Shown piece by piece: positions 40,724-50,667 of a stretch of 64,000 nt of DNA. Positions within the stretch are counted from its first letter, which is position 1. Each line of letters begins with the position of its first letter. The position numbers and the translations under genes were made by a program. Below the pieces are notes generated by a model. That model did not search any database. It worked only from the letters and a program-made list of their open reading frames with translations, and was not told the origin of the DNA. The DNA comes from Bacteroidia bacterium. Lineage in GTDB: Bacteria > Bacteroidota > Bacteroidia > NS11-12g > UBA9320. The stretch is from the NCBI GenBank assembly GCA_965216465.1, contig CBDCFW010000003.1, positions 160,001 through 224,000 on the forward strand, given 5' to 3'.

Positions 40724-41506
40724 TTAATATTTCAACAGAAATTCTTGTTTGGAGTACCCTGGGTTGATGGTTACTATACCCAAAAAGAACAGGTCGATTG
40801 AAGCGGTAACTCTGGGGTGATTCTTAATACTCGACCAGGCTTGTTCCATACCTCTACTGTAGTGTATATCGTCTAAAACAAAGAGGGTATCTTCAGTAGC
40901 CTTTTCCAGTAAAAGGTTGAAGTATCGCAGCGTAGGTTCAAGTTTGTGATTGCCGTCGATATAGATCATATCAAACTGATTTTCAGAAACTTGGTCTAGC
41001 GTGTTGTCGAAGTTTCCTACAATTGAATGTACGTTGCTGAGTCCCAGTTGTCCCCATATATTTTGAGCAATTCCTGCAACGCTTGCATCACCTTCCAAGC
41101 TTGTAACTTGCCCTTCAGAATGCTTAGCCAAATAGGCAGTGGTTATGCCTAAAGAAGTACCCAGTTCAAGGACGTTTTTGCATTCGTAAAACTGTACAAT
41201 TCTTCCAAGAAGTCTGGCATACTTTTTTGATTTTAGAGCTTTTTTAGCCATGTCTGAGATGGAACGTTCAAACACATTCCCGTTTTTACCAAAATCGGTA
41301 AAGTCGATAACCTGCTTGCTTCGAATTAAACGTGAACGTTCAACTTCAATGTCGTTGGACTTGGCCTTACGGGTTTTCTTTAAAACTTCCGTAACAAACT
41401 CATAAACAAAAGGGGAGTGTACATCGTGTTTGTTACCCGATGAAGTGTAGTACTTTAAGTACTTTCTTGCTATGCGAAATCGACCATATGGCTTATCTTC
41501 TTTCAA
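40724..41506 (-). CDS. Class I SAM-dependent methyltransferase (Methyltransf_24-like)
   Basis: HSPFVY, LELGTSLG-T, DMIYIDGNH, DDIH-S--M--AW. Confidence 0.88.
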   Translation of the reverse strand: MKEDKPYGRFRIARKYLKYYTSSGNKHDVHSPFVYEFVTEVLKKTRKAKSNDIEVERSRLIRSKQVIDFTDFGKNGNVFERSISDMAKKALKSKKYARLLGRIVQFYECKNVLELGTSLGITTAYLAKHSEGQVTSLEGDASVAGIAQNIWGQLGLSNVHSIVGNFDNTLDQVSENQFDMIYIDGNHKLEPTLRYFNLLLEKATEDTLFVLDDIHYSRGMEQAWSSIKNHPRVTASIDLFFLGIVTINPGYSKQEFLLKY

Positions 41507-41508
41507 AC

Positions 41509-43440
41509 TTATTCAGCATTTTCGTTGCTGACATCCTCTTGATTTTCAGCAGTTTCTGTGTTTGCTCTCTGAGCAGATCGAATGGCAGACATTTCCATCT
41601 TGAGCTGTGTAATCTGCTTATTAATCTTAGCAATTTTTGCTTCAAAATCTTTAAGCAATTTATCTGCAGTCTTCGATTTGGCAAAGAACGACATATTCGT
41701 TTCAATGCTGGCAATCTCGTTATTGTGAAAACTGATTTTCTTTTTAATGTTTCGAAGTTCAGTATCTAACGCTCGATCACCATTTGGACCATCTTTTAAG
41801 CTTCTGTAGTGCTCTTTTAGGTTTGATGATTTGTGCTGCTTCGATTCTTCCTTGTACTTGTTGTAAATAGCATTAGATGCCTTATCGTAAGCAGTGTTAA
41901 TTCGTTTAACCGCCTTATGCGGCACATATCCTATCGTTTTCCACTCGGTAGATACTTTTTTTAATTCTTCAAAAGACTTCTTGTAGTCCATGTCAGATTT
42001 GAAAATCTCATCAAGTTTAGCGATAAGAGCTTCTTTCGCCTTTAAGTTCTGGTCTTCTTCTTTTCTTTGACCTTCAAATGCTTTGCTACGTGCGTCGAAG
42101 AAAAAGTCACATGCTGCTCTGAATCTTTTCCAGATAGCTTGATTAACCTTGTCTGGTACAGGCCCAACTTTTTTCCATTCGTTCTGAAGTGCAATTATTT
42201 CTTTTGCTGTTTTAGCCCAATCAGTGCTGTCTTTTAAGGCTTCAACCTTTGCACACAGCTCTTCTTTGGCCTTCAAATTAACTTTACGCACAGCATTTAG
42301 CGTTTTAAAATGAGCTTTCCGTTTGGTGTAAAAATCATTTCTTATCCCGTTAAAGTCGATCCATACTTGGTCTTTATTTGACTTAGGTACTGGACCAATT
42401 TTCTTCCAATCTGCAAACAGTTTTTCAAAATCGTCGTAACGCTTTGACCAATCTTTAGCCGTAACTGGATCAACCTGACTAAGCAATTCAGCCTTTTCAA
42501 GCAAAATCTCTTTCTTTTTCAAGTTGTCTATCTTACCAGCTTCAAGTTGCTCGTAAACCTTTCTCTTTTGGTCGTAGATAGCGTCGGAAGCCTTTTTAAA
42601 TGCATTCCAGATGGCTTCTCGGCTTTCTGCAGGAACTGGACCCGCATTTTTGAATTCTTCGTGGTATTTATTTAAAAGGATAAAGCTGCGTTTCAAGGAA
42701 GATTCTTTAGAAATGGCTTCAACCTTTTTGGTCAATTCTATTTTAGTTTCAAGATTTTTTTTACGATCGAGCTCTTTGAGTTCAATATTGATACTGTGAT
42801 TGTCATAGAACTGGTCAAGAAGCATATGAAACCTATCCCAAGTCTTAGAAACCTCTTCTTTGGGAATTACTTTAATCGTTTTCCATTTGCGCTGAATCTC
42901 TTTAACTTGATTAATGCTTTCAGAAGTTTCATCCTGCTTGGTTAACTCTTCAAGTTGTTTCAATAAGTCAAGCTTTTGTTTCAAGTTGGCTTGCTTTTCA
43001 GCTTCAATTCTTTTCTTATCCTCTTCTTGAGCAAGCTTAATCTGCTTAGCTAAGTCATTCAAATGATTTTTAAATTCGTCTTCTTTAAAAGTGAACTCGG
43101 CATCCACATCTTCATTCTCCTGGCGAAAAGCTTTTTCAGCCTCTCGACGAGAATCACGATAGACAACATCAAAAACTCCGCGAATAGCTTTAAGTTGCTT
43201 ACTAGCAGCAGAAGGTGTTAACACAACCACTTTGTTGGCTTCTTCGATTAATTCTTGCATTGATTTACCTTCTAAGGTAGATAAATCAAAAGGTTGTCCT
43301 TCCTCGTGGTCACCAAGAATTGCTTCATGAAGTTCTTCGTTTTTTACTTCCTGCTCTGTAGCCGCTTTAACAGCTTGAGAATCTTGAGTGTTCTGCACTT
43401 CGACACTTTCTAATGTAGAATTGTCTAATTCGTCGTTCAT
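41509..43440 (-). CDS. DUF349 domain protein (start moved to ATG 43440)
   Basis: Repeated WK-IGPVP-------W--F units in a helical protein. Confidence 0.88.
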   Translation of the reverse strand: MNDELDNSTLESVEVQNTQDSQAVKAATEQEVKNEELHEAILGDHEEGQPFDLSTLEGKSMQELIEEANKVVVLTPSAASKQLKAIRGVFDVVYRDSRREAEKAFRQENEDVDAEFTFKEDEFKNHLNDLAKQIKLAQEEDKKRIEAEKQANLKQKLDLLKQLEELTKQDETSESINQVKEIQRKWKTIKVIPKEEVSKTWDRFHMLLDQFYDNHSINIELKELDRKKNLETKIELTKKVEAISKESSLKRSFILLNKYHEEFKNAGPVPAESREAIWNAFKKASDAIYDQKRKVYEQLEAGKIDNLKKKEILLEKAELLSQVDPVTAKDWSKRYDDFEKLFADWKKIGPVPKSNKDQVWIDFNGIRNDFYTKRKAHFKTLNAVRKVNLKAKEELCAKVEALKDSTDWAKTAKEIIALQNEWKKVGPVPDKVNQAIWKRFRAACDFFFDARSKAFEGQRKEEDQNLKAKEALIAKLDEIFKSDMDYKKSFEELKKVSTEWKTIGYVPHKAVKRINTAYDKASNAIYNKYKEESKQHKSSNLKEHYRSLKDGPNGDRALDTELRNIKKKISFHNNEIASIETNMSFFAKSKTADKLLKDFEAKIAKINKQITQLKMEMSAIRSAQRANTETAENQEDVSNENAE

Positions 43441-43484
43441 TTGATTGATAAAAAAGACTGCAAAAATGGTATTTTTGAGCCGAA

Positions 43485-44357
43485 ATGCCAACTATTAAAG
43501 CACATGGTGAAGTCAAGATTATAGAATGTCCTCGCGACGCAATGCAAGGAATCTTGGATTTTATTCCAACTCAAGACAAGATTGACTATATGAATGCTTT
43601 GTTGAAGGTCGGATTTCATACCATCGACTGCGGTAGTTTTGTGTCACCAAAGGCCATTCCTCAGATGCAAGATACACGCCAGGTACTTGAAAAAATAAAC
43701 TTGGAAGAAAGCAACTCTAAGCTGTCTGTAATTGTGGCAAACGAGCGAGGAGCAAACGATGCTGTTCAGTACGATCAAGTTGACTTCCTGGGTTATCCTT
43801 TTTCGATTTCCGAAACGTTTCAACGCAGAAACACAAACAAAAGCATCGAAGAGTCATTAGACTTGGTTAAAAGCATGCATCATTTGTCTGAAGAGCATGG
43901 TAAAGAGTTGGTCGTTTATATCTCTATGGGCTTTGGAAATCCTTACCAAGAAGAATGGAGTGCTGATCTCGTAGGAGAGTGGGTTGATAAAATTCAGCGC
44001 ATGGGAGTGAAGTACTTCTCGATATCTGATACTGTAGGTGTATCTAATGCGGAAAGCATTTCTGCAGTGTATTCTCTTTTGTTCAGTAGTTTTAAGGATG
44101 CTGAGTTTGGAGCTCATTTTCATACAACTCCTCACGAATGGGAAGAGAAAGTTGACGCAGCTTACAAACACGGTTGCTTGCGATTTGATGGTGCAATTAA
44201 AGGTTATGGGGGATGTCCGATGGCCAAAGACGATTTAGTCGGGAATATGCCAACTGAACGATTGATTGATTACTTCGGTCTAGAAGCACTTAAACTAAAA
44301 AAGGCTCCATTTAATGAAGCCTTTTTGTTAGCAGATAAAATATTTTCTAAATATTAG
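43485..44357 (+). CDS. Hydroxymethylglutaryl-CoA lyase
   Basis: ECPRDAMQG, GSFVSPKAIPQM, HFH, GGCPMA, GNMPTE. Confidence 0.92.
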   Translation: MPTIKAHGEVKIIECPRDAMQGILDFIPTQDKIDYMNALLKVGFHTIDCGSFVSPKAIPQMQDTRQVLEKINLEESNSKLSVIVANERGANDAVQYDQVDFLGYPFSISETFQRRNTNKSIEESLDLVKSMHHLSEEHGKELVVYISMGFGNPYQEEWSADLVGEWVDKIQRMGVKYFSISDTVGVSNAESISAVYSLLFSSFKDAEFGAHFHTTPHEWEEKVDAAYKHGCLRFDGAIKGYGGCPMAKDDLVGNMPTERLIDYFGLEALKLKKAPFNEAFLLADKIFSKY

Positions 44358-46015
44358 TGTGTAACTATTAATTTCTTAGCAAAACTTACATCTTGATTAA
44401 CAACGGTAATAAAATAAGTACCATTGCTTAGCTCTGCAGTATTAATTCTTTCTAAACCAGTTAGGTTATTAATTAGCTGGCCATCAGAACCGTAAAGCTT
44501 CACACTTGTTTGTGGTGTTCTTAAACTTGCATCAAGATCAATATTCACAAATTCGTTTGCAGGATTAGGATACAATTGCACCAAGTTACTGCCCACATAG
44601 CGCTCAATACTTCCTGTGGTTGAAACACTAAAATATGCTTCAACTGCTTTGGTGTCTGTGCCGTATTCGTTAGTAATGGTTAATGAAACCTCGTAGAATC
44701 CAGTAACATCAAAACTAACTTCTAATGTTTCGCTTGTTAAGTCACCTGTGTGGTTTTGGTAAGTCGTTTTATCAATCGCCCAAGTTCTTGAACTTGCTTC
44801 TTCACCGCTTGAAATGTCAGTTAACGTAACTTTCTCATCAACAATCACATTTCTTTTAGGTGCTGAAAAGTCAGCAACAGGAGCAAGGCTGTTAATTACC
44901 ACCTTGCGAATTACACTACTCGCAACCGCGTCACTGTTTTCACTTACGTAAAGATTACCAAATCCATCTGTAGTAATATCACTGATTTGAGTGAAAGATG
45001 CATTAGCACCTGTTCCGTCTTCTATTTTATAGTTCAGCTTGTTTCCTGCGAAAGTAGAAACCGAGTTATTTGCAATGTCGATGGCACGAATAGTATTTTC
45101 ATCTCCTACGTAAATAATACCGTTTACCACAACAACACCTTTAGGAGCAACGAAACGAGCTTGAGTAAGCGTTCCGTCTACTTGACGAGCATCCGAGCCA
45201 GTAGTTGGACCTGCAATGGTAGTGGTAGCACCTGAATAGATATTTACTTTTCTGATGTTTGTATTCCATTGATCGGTTACTACAACGTGATTGTCATCTA
45301 ACATAGCAATACCCCAAGGGCCACCAAATCTAGCACTTGAGCCAGTTGAATTGTCAGCAGTACCTTCAACTCCAGCAGATCCGGCAATTGTTGTTACCAC
45401 TCCTGAAGAAGTGATTTTACGAATTGTAAAGTTTAAGTAGTCAGTAACAATGAAGTTTCCATCTGGGTCGATAGTAATTCCTGTTGGTTGATTAAATTTT
45501 GCAGCCGTTCCGGTTCCATTTGAGCTTCCTGAGGTACCATATCCTGGCAAACCAGCTGTTGGATTAGCTCCAGCGAAAGTAGAAACGCTTGCACCAGTAC
45601 CTTGATTTACAAATTTTGAAATCTTACGAATACAATGATTCTCACGGTCACAAACGTAAATGTTTCCATCGCCGTCTGACACCATGCCGTGTGGTTGTCT
45701 TAATGTAGATTGCGTTCCTGTTCCGTTCTTGTAGCCTTCTGATAATGTGGGAGATGCAAGTGCACCTGCACGATTATATGTTTTGCTGTTATGTACAATT
45801 CTCACTTTGTTTCTTTCCGAGATGTACATTTTTCCATTGGCATCAAAGCACAAGCCTTCAGGCTGGGCGAAGTAGGTTGATAACAAGTCAACTCCACTGG
45901 CCAATTCATAATTGCTTACTGGGTCGCCATTCGCCTTTCCTGCATAGGTTGTTACAGTTTGGGAATGAGCAAAAAGAGCACATAGCGTAAATGTGACTAG
46001 TAGTATATTTTTCAT
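44354..46015 (-). CDS. Secreted NHL-repeat beta-propeller plus PKD protein with T9SS type A domain
   Basis: Repeated GTG--A-F--P-GI--D units, PVADFS PKD domain, LYPNPA...GTYFI...KKLIV. Start placed at the signal peptide MKNILL. Confidence 0.85.
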   Translation of the reverse strand: MKNILLVTFTLCALFAHSQTVTTYAGKANGDPVSNYELASGVDLLSTYFAQPEGLCFDANGKMYISERNKVRIVHNSKTYNRAGALASPTLSEGYKNGTGTQSTLRQPHGMVSDGDGNIYVCDRENHCIRKISKFVNQGTGASVSTFAGANPTAGLPGYGTSGSSNGTGTAAKFNQPTGITIDPDGNFIVTDYLNFTIRKITSSGVVTTIAGSAGVEGTADNSTGSSARFGGPWGIAMLDDNHVVVTDQWNTNIRKVNIYSGATTTIAGPTTGSDARQVDGTLTQARFVAPKGVVVVNGIIYVGDENTIRAIDIANNSVSTFAGNKLNYKIEDGTGANASFTQISDITTDGFGNLYVSENSDAVASSVIRKVVINSLAPVADFSAPKRNVIVDEKVTLTDISSGEEASSRTWAIDKTTYQNHTGDLTSETLEVSFDVTGFYEVSLTITNEYGTDTKAVEAYFSVSTTGSIERYVGSNLVQLYPNPANEFVNIDLDASLRTPQTSVKLYGSDGQLINNLTGLERINTAELSNGTYFITVVNQDVSFAKKLIVTH

Positions 46016-46037
46016 GTAAAGTATAGTTTGAAATAAG

Positions 46038-46997
46038 TTATGCGTTCGCAATATACGCATTTACAGAAGATTCAATATCTGATGTGATATTTGAATAGTC
46101 TCTTTTATTGAACTTATCTCCAGTAATTGACTCGAATAATTCGATGTATCTGTCTGATACACTGTTAACAAATTCATTGGTCATTTGCGGGATAAGTTGA
46201 CCTTCTAGGCCTTGAAATCCGTTTTCAATCAACCATTGACGAACAAACTCTTTTGAGAGTTGACGTTGCTTGCCACCCTCTTTTTGAATTTGCTCATAGG
46301 TGTCAGCATAGAAATAGCGTGATGAATCAGGGGTATGAATCTCATCAATCAACATGATTTGATCATCTCTTTTCCCAAATTCGTATTTAGTGTCAACTAA
46401 AATTAAGCCTTGTTTTTGAGCATGCTGTGTGCCATGTTCAAACAACGCAAAAGCATAGGCTTTAAGTTGAGCAAGCTCTTTTTTGCGGATAAGCTTTTGT
46501 TTCACAATTTCTTCTTCTGAAATATCTTCGTCATGTCCGCTAGAAGCTTTAGTGGTAGGCGTTAAGATAGGCTCTGGAAGCTTGTCATTTTCTTTTAATC
46601 CATTAGGAAGTTCAACGCCACAAAGCGTTCTCTTACCTGACTTATACTCACGCCAAGCATGACCTGCTAAGTAACCTCTAACTACAAACTCTACAGGATA
46701 AGGTTCACATCTTAATCCAGCAGTTACATGCGGATCGGGTTCTCCTTGTTTCCAATTAGCCACTATATGTTTGGTGTCATCTAAGAATTTAGATGCTATT
46801 TGATTTAAAACTTGCCCTTTGTAAGGGATTGATCTTGGTAAAACGTGGTCGAAAGCCGAAATTCGGTCACTAGCAACCAGCACTAAGATGTCTTCTCCTA
46901 TTGAATACACATCTCTTACCTTTCCTCTTGCGAAATCTACCTGATTCTTGAAGAAATAATTGGTAGATACTAACGCTTCTTGTTCCATTGCACTCAT
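46038..46997 (-). CDS. purC: SAICAR synthetase
   Basis: RGKVRDVY, SDRISAFD, VVRGYLAG, DTKYEFG, DEIHTPDSSR. Confidence 0.96.
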   Translation of the reverse strand: MSAMEQEALVSTNYFFKNQVDFARGKVRDVYSIGEDILVLVASDRISAFDHVLPRSIPYKGQVLNQIASKFLDDTKHIVANWKQGEPDPHVTAGLRCEPYPVEFVVRGYLAGHAWREYKSGKRTLCGVELPNGLKENDKLPEPILTPTTKASSGHDEDISEEEIVKQKLIRKKELAQLKAYAFALFEHGTQHAQKQGLILVDTKYEFGKRDDQIMLIDEIHTPDSSRYFYADTYEQIQKEGGKQRQLSKEFVRQWLIENGFQGLEGQLIPQMTNEFVNSVSDRYIELFESITGDKFNKRDYSNITSDIESSVNAYIANA

Positions 46998-47053
46998 ATC
47001 GAATTCAATATCAAAAATATAGATTTTTAGTAGTTACACTAAATAATAGCTTA

Positions 47054-48061
47054 TTACTTTAGATTGTTTAAGAATTGCATTGTGTCTACATTGTCTGCAA
47101 AGTCTTGAAGGTCAGGATTTTGAGCTTCCCCAAAAGCTACCTTAGCAAGGTCAGAATAGTTTCCCACAACGCATTGAATGTTTTCCGTTTCTTTGGCAAT
47201 AAATGCATCAATCTCAGACAAATTATTGTAATAGCGATAGTGTAAGCAGGCCAAAGGAGCATTCAGTTCTTCACGTTCTTTTGCCAACGCAAATCCGGCA
47301 TCAAGATGTTGCTCGTTATTCATCAGAAGCAAGGCTTTATGATAGGTGTAATTATTAGCAAATTTGTTATGATTTGCGAGGTCAATATACTTCATAAATT
47401 GGTCAAGAATCAAGGAGATATTCATCGATTTTGGAAGAAGGATATAGCTTACATTTCGACAACCTAGACCAAAGTACTGAAATACATCGTCTGCTAGTTT
47501 ACTAAGGTCTTCCTCATTTTCATCACCTGTCAATACAGCGATAGACTTTCTGTTTTTACGCAGCAAACTTGGAATGGACTTAAAGTAGTACTCAAAATAT
47601 CTGAATGTATTGTTGGAGCCCGTGGCTATTACCGCATCTATGTCAGTTAGCTTTTCAACCAGTTTGATTCGTTTGCCGAGTTCTTCATTTTCTTCTCCAA
47701 GCATTTTAATAACCAAGCCAATAACGTACTTGTCATCAGACGAAGGTTTAACCAGTGCATTATTACCACTCAGAAGAACGCAAAGTACGTCATGAAACCC
47801 AACCAATGGAATGTTGCCAGCCATAATAATTCCAACATCTTTTGGCTCCGTTGAGAATGAGTATTTTCCGCTAAAATTGGTTAAATTTTCTGTTGTAAGC
47901 GCTTGTTTCCAGTAGTTAATCGCTTGCCAATAGTTCTCTTTGGTAAGCCAGTTGTTGTTTACATAAGTCTTGTTAACCTGAGCACTGAGTACTTCGTTAG
48001 ATTCAGATAATGAGTTGCTTACATTAACAAATGCACGTATTATGTCGACTTGGTTCAGCAT
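47054..48061 (-). CDS. Acyl-CoA reductase (LuxC-like); start likely 48061
   Basis: IMAGNIPLVGFHD, ATGSNNT, YFGLGCRNVS, DFADNVDTM-FL. Confidence 0.85.
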   Translation of the reverse strand: MLNQVDIIRAFVNVSNSLSESNEVLSAQVNKTYVNNNWLTKENYWQAINYWKQALTTENLTNFSGKYSFSTEPKDVGIIMAGNIPLVGFHDVLCVLLSGNNALVKPSSDDKYVIGLVIKMLGEENEELGKRIKLVEKLTDIDAVIATGSNNTFRYFEYYFKSIPSLLRKNRKSIAVLTGDENEEDLSKLADDVFQYFGLGCRNVSYILLPKSMNISLILDQFMKYIDLANHNKFANNYTYHKALLLMNNEQHLDAGFALAKEREELNAPLACLHYRYYNNLSEIDAFIAKETENIQCVVGNYSDLAKVAFGEAQNPDLQDFADNVDTMQFLNNLK

Positions 48062-48147
48062 AATTTGTGGCAAAGGTGGCATAATCTTTACAACTTGTTA
48101 AGACTTCTATGACAAATTTTTCATCTTAAACACTGAACTTGTAGCCC

Positions 48148-48621
48148 ATGTCATGGAGAAAACTAGAAGGGGAGCTACTTAATGGTGAGATTTTAGACGA
48201 AGTTAAGAGGGCTCTGCAAAAAGAAAAAAAGGATGGTAACAGAATCAAGGTTTGTATTGGTTCAGACTCTCAAGTAAAAGGTGAGATTACCGAATTTGCC
48301 ACTGCCATTGTGTTTCTGCGCGAAGGCAAGGGTGGATTTGTTTTTGTGAAGAAGTATGTTTCGGAACAAGAATTTACCATCAAACAACGTATGATACAAG
48401 AAGTGTCAGACTCGGTACAATTTGCCTACAAGGTTTGCCCTGTTCTTGATCAATTTGATGTTGAATTAGAGGTTCATGCCGATATTAATACCGATCCAAA
48501 CTTTAAGTCGAACGTGGCCTTTAAAGAGGCCATGGGGTATATTTTAGGTATGGGTTACACCTTTAAAGCAAAGCCGGAAGCTTTTGCCAGTTCATACTGT
48601 GCGGGTAGGGTAGTGAGTTAG
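48148..48621 (+). CDS. RNase H-like YkuK (DUF458) family protein
   Basis: IGSDSQ, FATAIV, EVHADIN, KP-AFASS motifs. Confidence 0.85.
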   Translation: MSWRKLEGELLNGEILDEVKRALQKEKKDGNRIKVCIGSDSQVKGEITEFATAIVFLREGKGGFVFVKKYVSEQEFTIKQRMIQEVSDSVQFAYKVCPVLDQFDVELEVHADINTDPNFKSNVAFKEAMGYILGMGYTFKAKPEAFASSYCAGRVVS

Positions 48622-48702
48622 GGAACAAACATAGTAGCTAGAATTAGGAACAGCTTGATTCTTGAACTCTATCATTTTGGCCTTATTAAGTATTTTTGAA
48701 AG

Positions 48703-49161
48703 ATGAAGTCTTCTTTGCTATTCGTCTTGTTGTTCTCGTTTTTTACTACCGTAGGTCAAGTGAACAGCAATCATCCAGATTCGGATGAGGTTGCTGATAC
48801 GGTTGAAGCAGAGTATTTATATCCTCAATCTTATATCTTTAGGCCACATAATGTGGATAAAAAAGCAGAATTTCAAGGAGGCGAAGACAGTCTTAGATAC
48901 TTCATCAATAAGCATGTGGAATATCCCAAAGAGGCTATTGAAAAAGGCTTGTATGAGACTATACAATATAACTTTGTGGTTAATCAAGATGGTACGGTTA
49001 CCAATATTAGACCAGCGTTCAGGGTGGAATATCATCCATTTGCACTAAAAGCAGAAGAGGTTATACAGAAGACAAGCGGAATGTGGATGCCAGCAGAAAA
49101 AGACGGTAGAAAGGTGCGTATGCACTGCACAACAACAGTGAGCTTTTATAAGCTGCGATAA
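48703..49161 (+). CDS. Small TonB C-terminal-domain protein, paralog 1
   Basis: Signal peptide, then AEFQGG---L--FI----EYP...FVVNQDG-V...W-PA--DG--V. Confidence 0.8.
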   Translation: MKSSLLFVLLFSFFTTVGQVNSNHPDSDEVADTVEAEYLYPQSYIFRPHNVDKKAEFQGGEDSLRYFINKHVEYPKEAIEKGLYETIQYNFVVNQDGTVTNIRPAFRVEYHPFALKAEEVIQKTSGMWMPAEKDGRKVRMHCTTTVSFYKLR

Positions 49162-49255
49162 AAGAATCGGGTAAGCCCCGACTATTTATCTTGAGAAATA
49201 CTCATTCTATCCGAGAGTGAGTTGACAAGGTCAATATTTAGTCTATTTTTGATTC

Positions 49256-49702
49256 ATGAAGTATACGCTGCTAATATTTTGCATGTTCATGTTTTTCCTT
49301 CCTCAAGCACAAGTCGTTGAACCTGATTTTGGTAATGATGTTGAAATAGAAGAAGAAATTCCTGAAGAAACCGATGAAGTTTTTGAATGGTATCAAGTAC
49401 AAGAAAAAGCTCAATTTAAAGGAGGTGAAGACAGCTTGTTTAGATACATCGCTAAAAATATTAGATATCCTCAACACGCCATAGATGTGGGCTTGAGTGC
49501 AACAGTAATAATTCAGTTTGTAGTTAATCAAGATGGCTCGGTTTCTGATTTAAAATCAATACGGCCTGTGGATTTTGCTCCTTTTGAGGAAGAGGCCATT
49601 CGCGTGATGAAAACAACCAGTGGCATGTGGACTCCAGCAAAACAACGCGACCAACCAACGCGAATGAGAATGATGATTCCCATTCGATTTGCATTGAAAT
49701 AA
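49256..49702 (+). CDS. Small TonB C-terminal-domain protein, paralog 2
   Basis: Signal peptide, then AQFKGGEDSLFRYI--NIRYP...FVVNQDGSV...WTPAKQ...IPIRF. TTG-N19-TATTTTTG promoter at 49222-49251. Confidence 0.85.
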   Translation: MKYTLLIFCMFMFFLPQAQVVEPDFGNDVEIEEEIPEETDEVFEWYQVQEKAQFKGGEDSLFRYIAKNIRYPQHAIDVGLSATVIIQFVVNQDGSVSDLKSIRPVDFAPFEEEAIRVMKTTSGMWTPAKQRDQPTRMRMMIPIRFALK

Positions 49703-50113
49703 ATGGCACGAATTTTAGCTCTTGATTATGGTGCACGCCGTACAGGCATTGCAACAACAGACCCCCTTCAAATCATTGCATCTCCATTGCTAACGGTCGA
49801 GACTCAACATTTGATGGAGTATCTAGAGAATTATATAGCAACAGAAGAAGTGAGTGATATGGTTGTTGGTCAACCTACTCGCCATGATGGAAGCTTTTCT
49901 CCAATAGAAGAGAAAATAGTCGAATTTATTAGCAAGTTTAAAGCACGTTTTCCGACCGTGACGATTCACCGAATTAACGAAATGTACTCGTCTAAGGATG
50001 CTATGCAGGCTCTGATTAAAAGCGGCGTAAAGAAAAAAGCTAGAAGAGATAAGAAATTATTGGATAGCACTGCTGCTACCTTACTTTTGCAGGAGTTTTT
50101 ATACGAGCAATGA
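49703..50113 (+). CDS. ruvX: YqgF/RuvX family nuclease
   Basis: RILALDYG--RTGIA-TD, E--SS, D--AA---LQ. Confidence 0.93.
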   Translation: MARILALDYGARRTGIATTDPLQIIASPLLTVETQHLMEYLENYIATEEVSDMVVGQPTRHDGSFSPIEEKIVEFISKFKARFPTVTIHRINEMYSSKDAMQALIKSGVKKKARRDKKLLDSTAATLLLQEFLYEQ

Positions 50114-50667
50114 TATATCCTATTAGAGCCTACGGCGATCCTGTTTTACGAAAAGAATGCGATGAGATAGAGGAGTTTAACGATGAACTTAATCAGCTCA
50201 TTGATGATATGTTTCAGACCATGGACGCAAGTGATGGAGTAGGTTTAGCTGCTCCTCAAATTGGTAAAAATCTTAGACTTTTTGTGATTGATTCTACCTT
50301 GTTCGATCAAGAAGATGAAAATGAGGGTATTCGTGAAGTTTTTGTTAATCCAATTATTCTGGAAGAAACAGGCAAAGAATGGGCTTTTGAAGAAGGCTGC
50401 CTGAGCATTCCTGATATTCGTGAAGATGTTAGCAGACCACCTCGGGTTGAAATGGAGTATCAAACCCGTGATGGCGAGTTAAAGACAACCGTGTTTGAAG
50501 GAATGACGGCCAGGGTAATTCAACACGAATACGATCATATTGAAGGAGTCTTATTTATCGACCATATTTCTGCATTTAAACGCCAATTGCTAAAAGGAAA
50601 GCTTTCGAACATTACCAAAGGAAAAGTTAATGTTCGCTATCGAATGAAATTTCCAAAACGGAAATAA
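50110..50667 (+). CDS. def: Peptide deformylase
   Basis: GVGLAAPQ, EGCLS, QHEYDH motifs. Confidence 0.97.
   Translation: MIYPIRAYGDPVLRKECDEIEEFNDELNQLIDDMFQTMDASDGVGLAAPQIGKNLRLFVIDSTLFDQEDENEGIREVFVNPIILEETGKEWAFEEGCLSIPDIREDVSRPPRVEMEYQTRDGELKTTVFEGMTARVIQHEYDHIEGVLFIDHISAFKRQLLKGKLSNITKGKVNVRYRMKFPKRK

Noticed and set aside
47054-48061. Bioluminescence locus suggested by the LuxC-like gene
   Set aside because: No luxAB, luxD or luxE is nearby, and LuxC-like reductases occur in non-luminous Bacteroidota.
49167-49234. Three short hairpins between the TonB paralogs as an ncRNA
   Set aside because: The stems are short, there is no U tract, and the third overlaps the -33 TTG of the downstream promoter.
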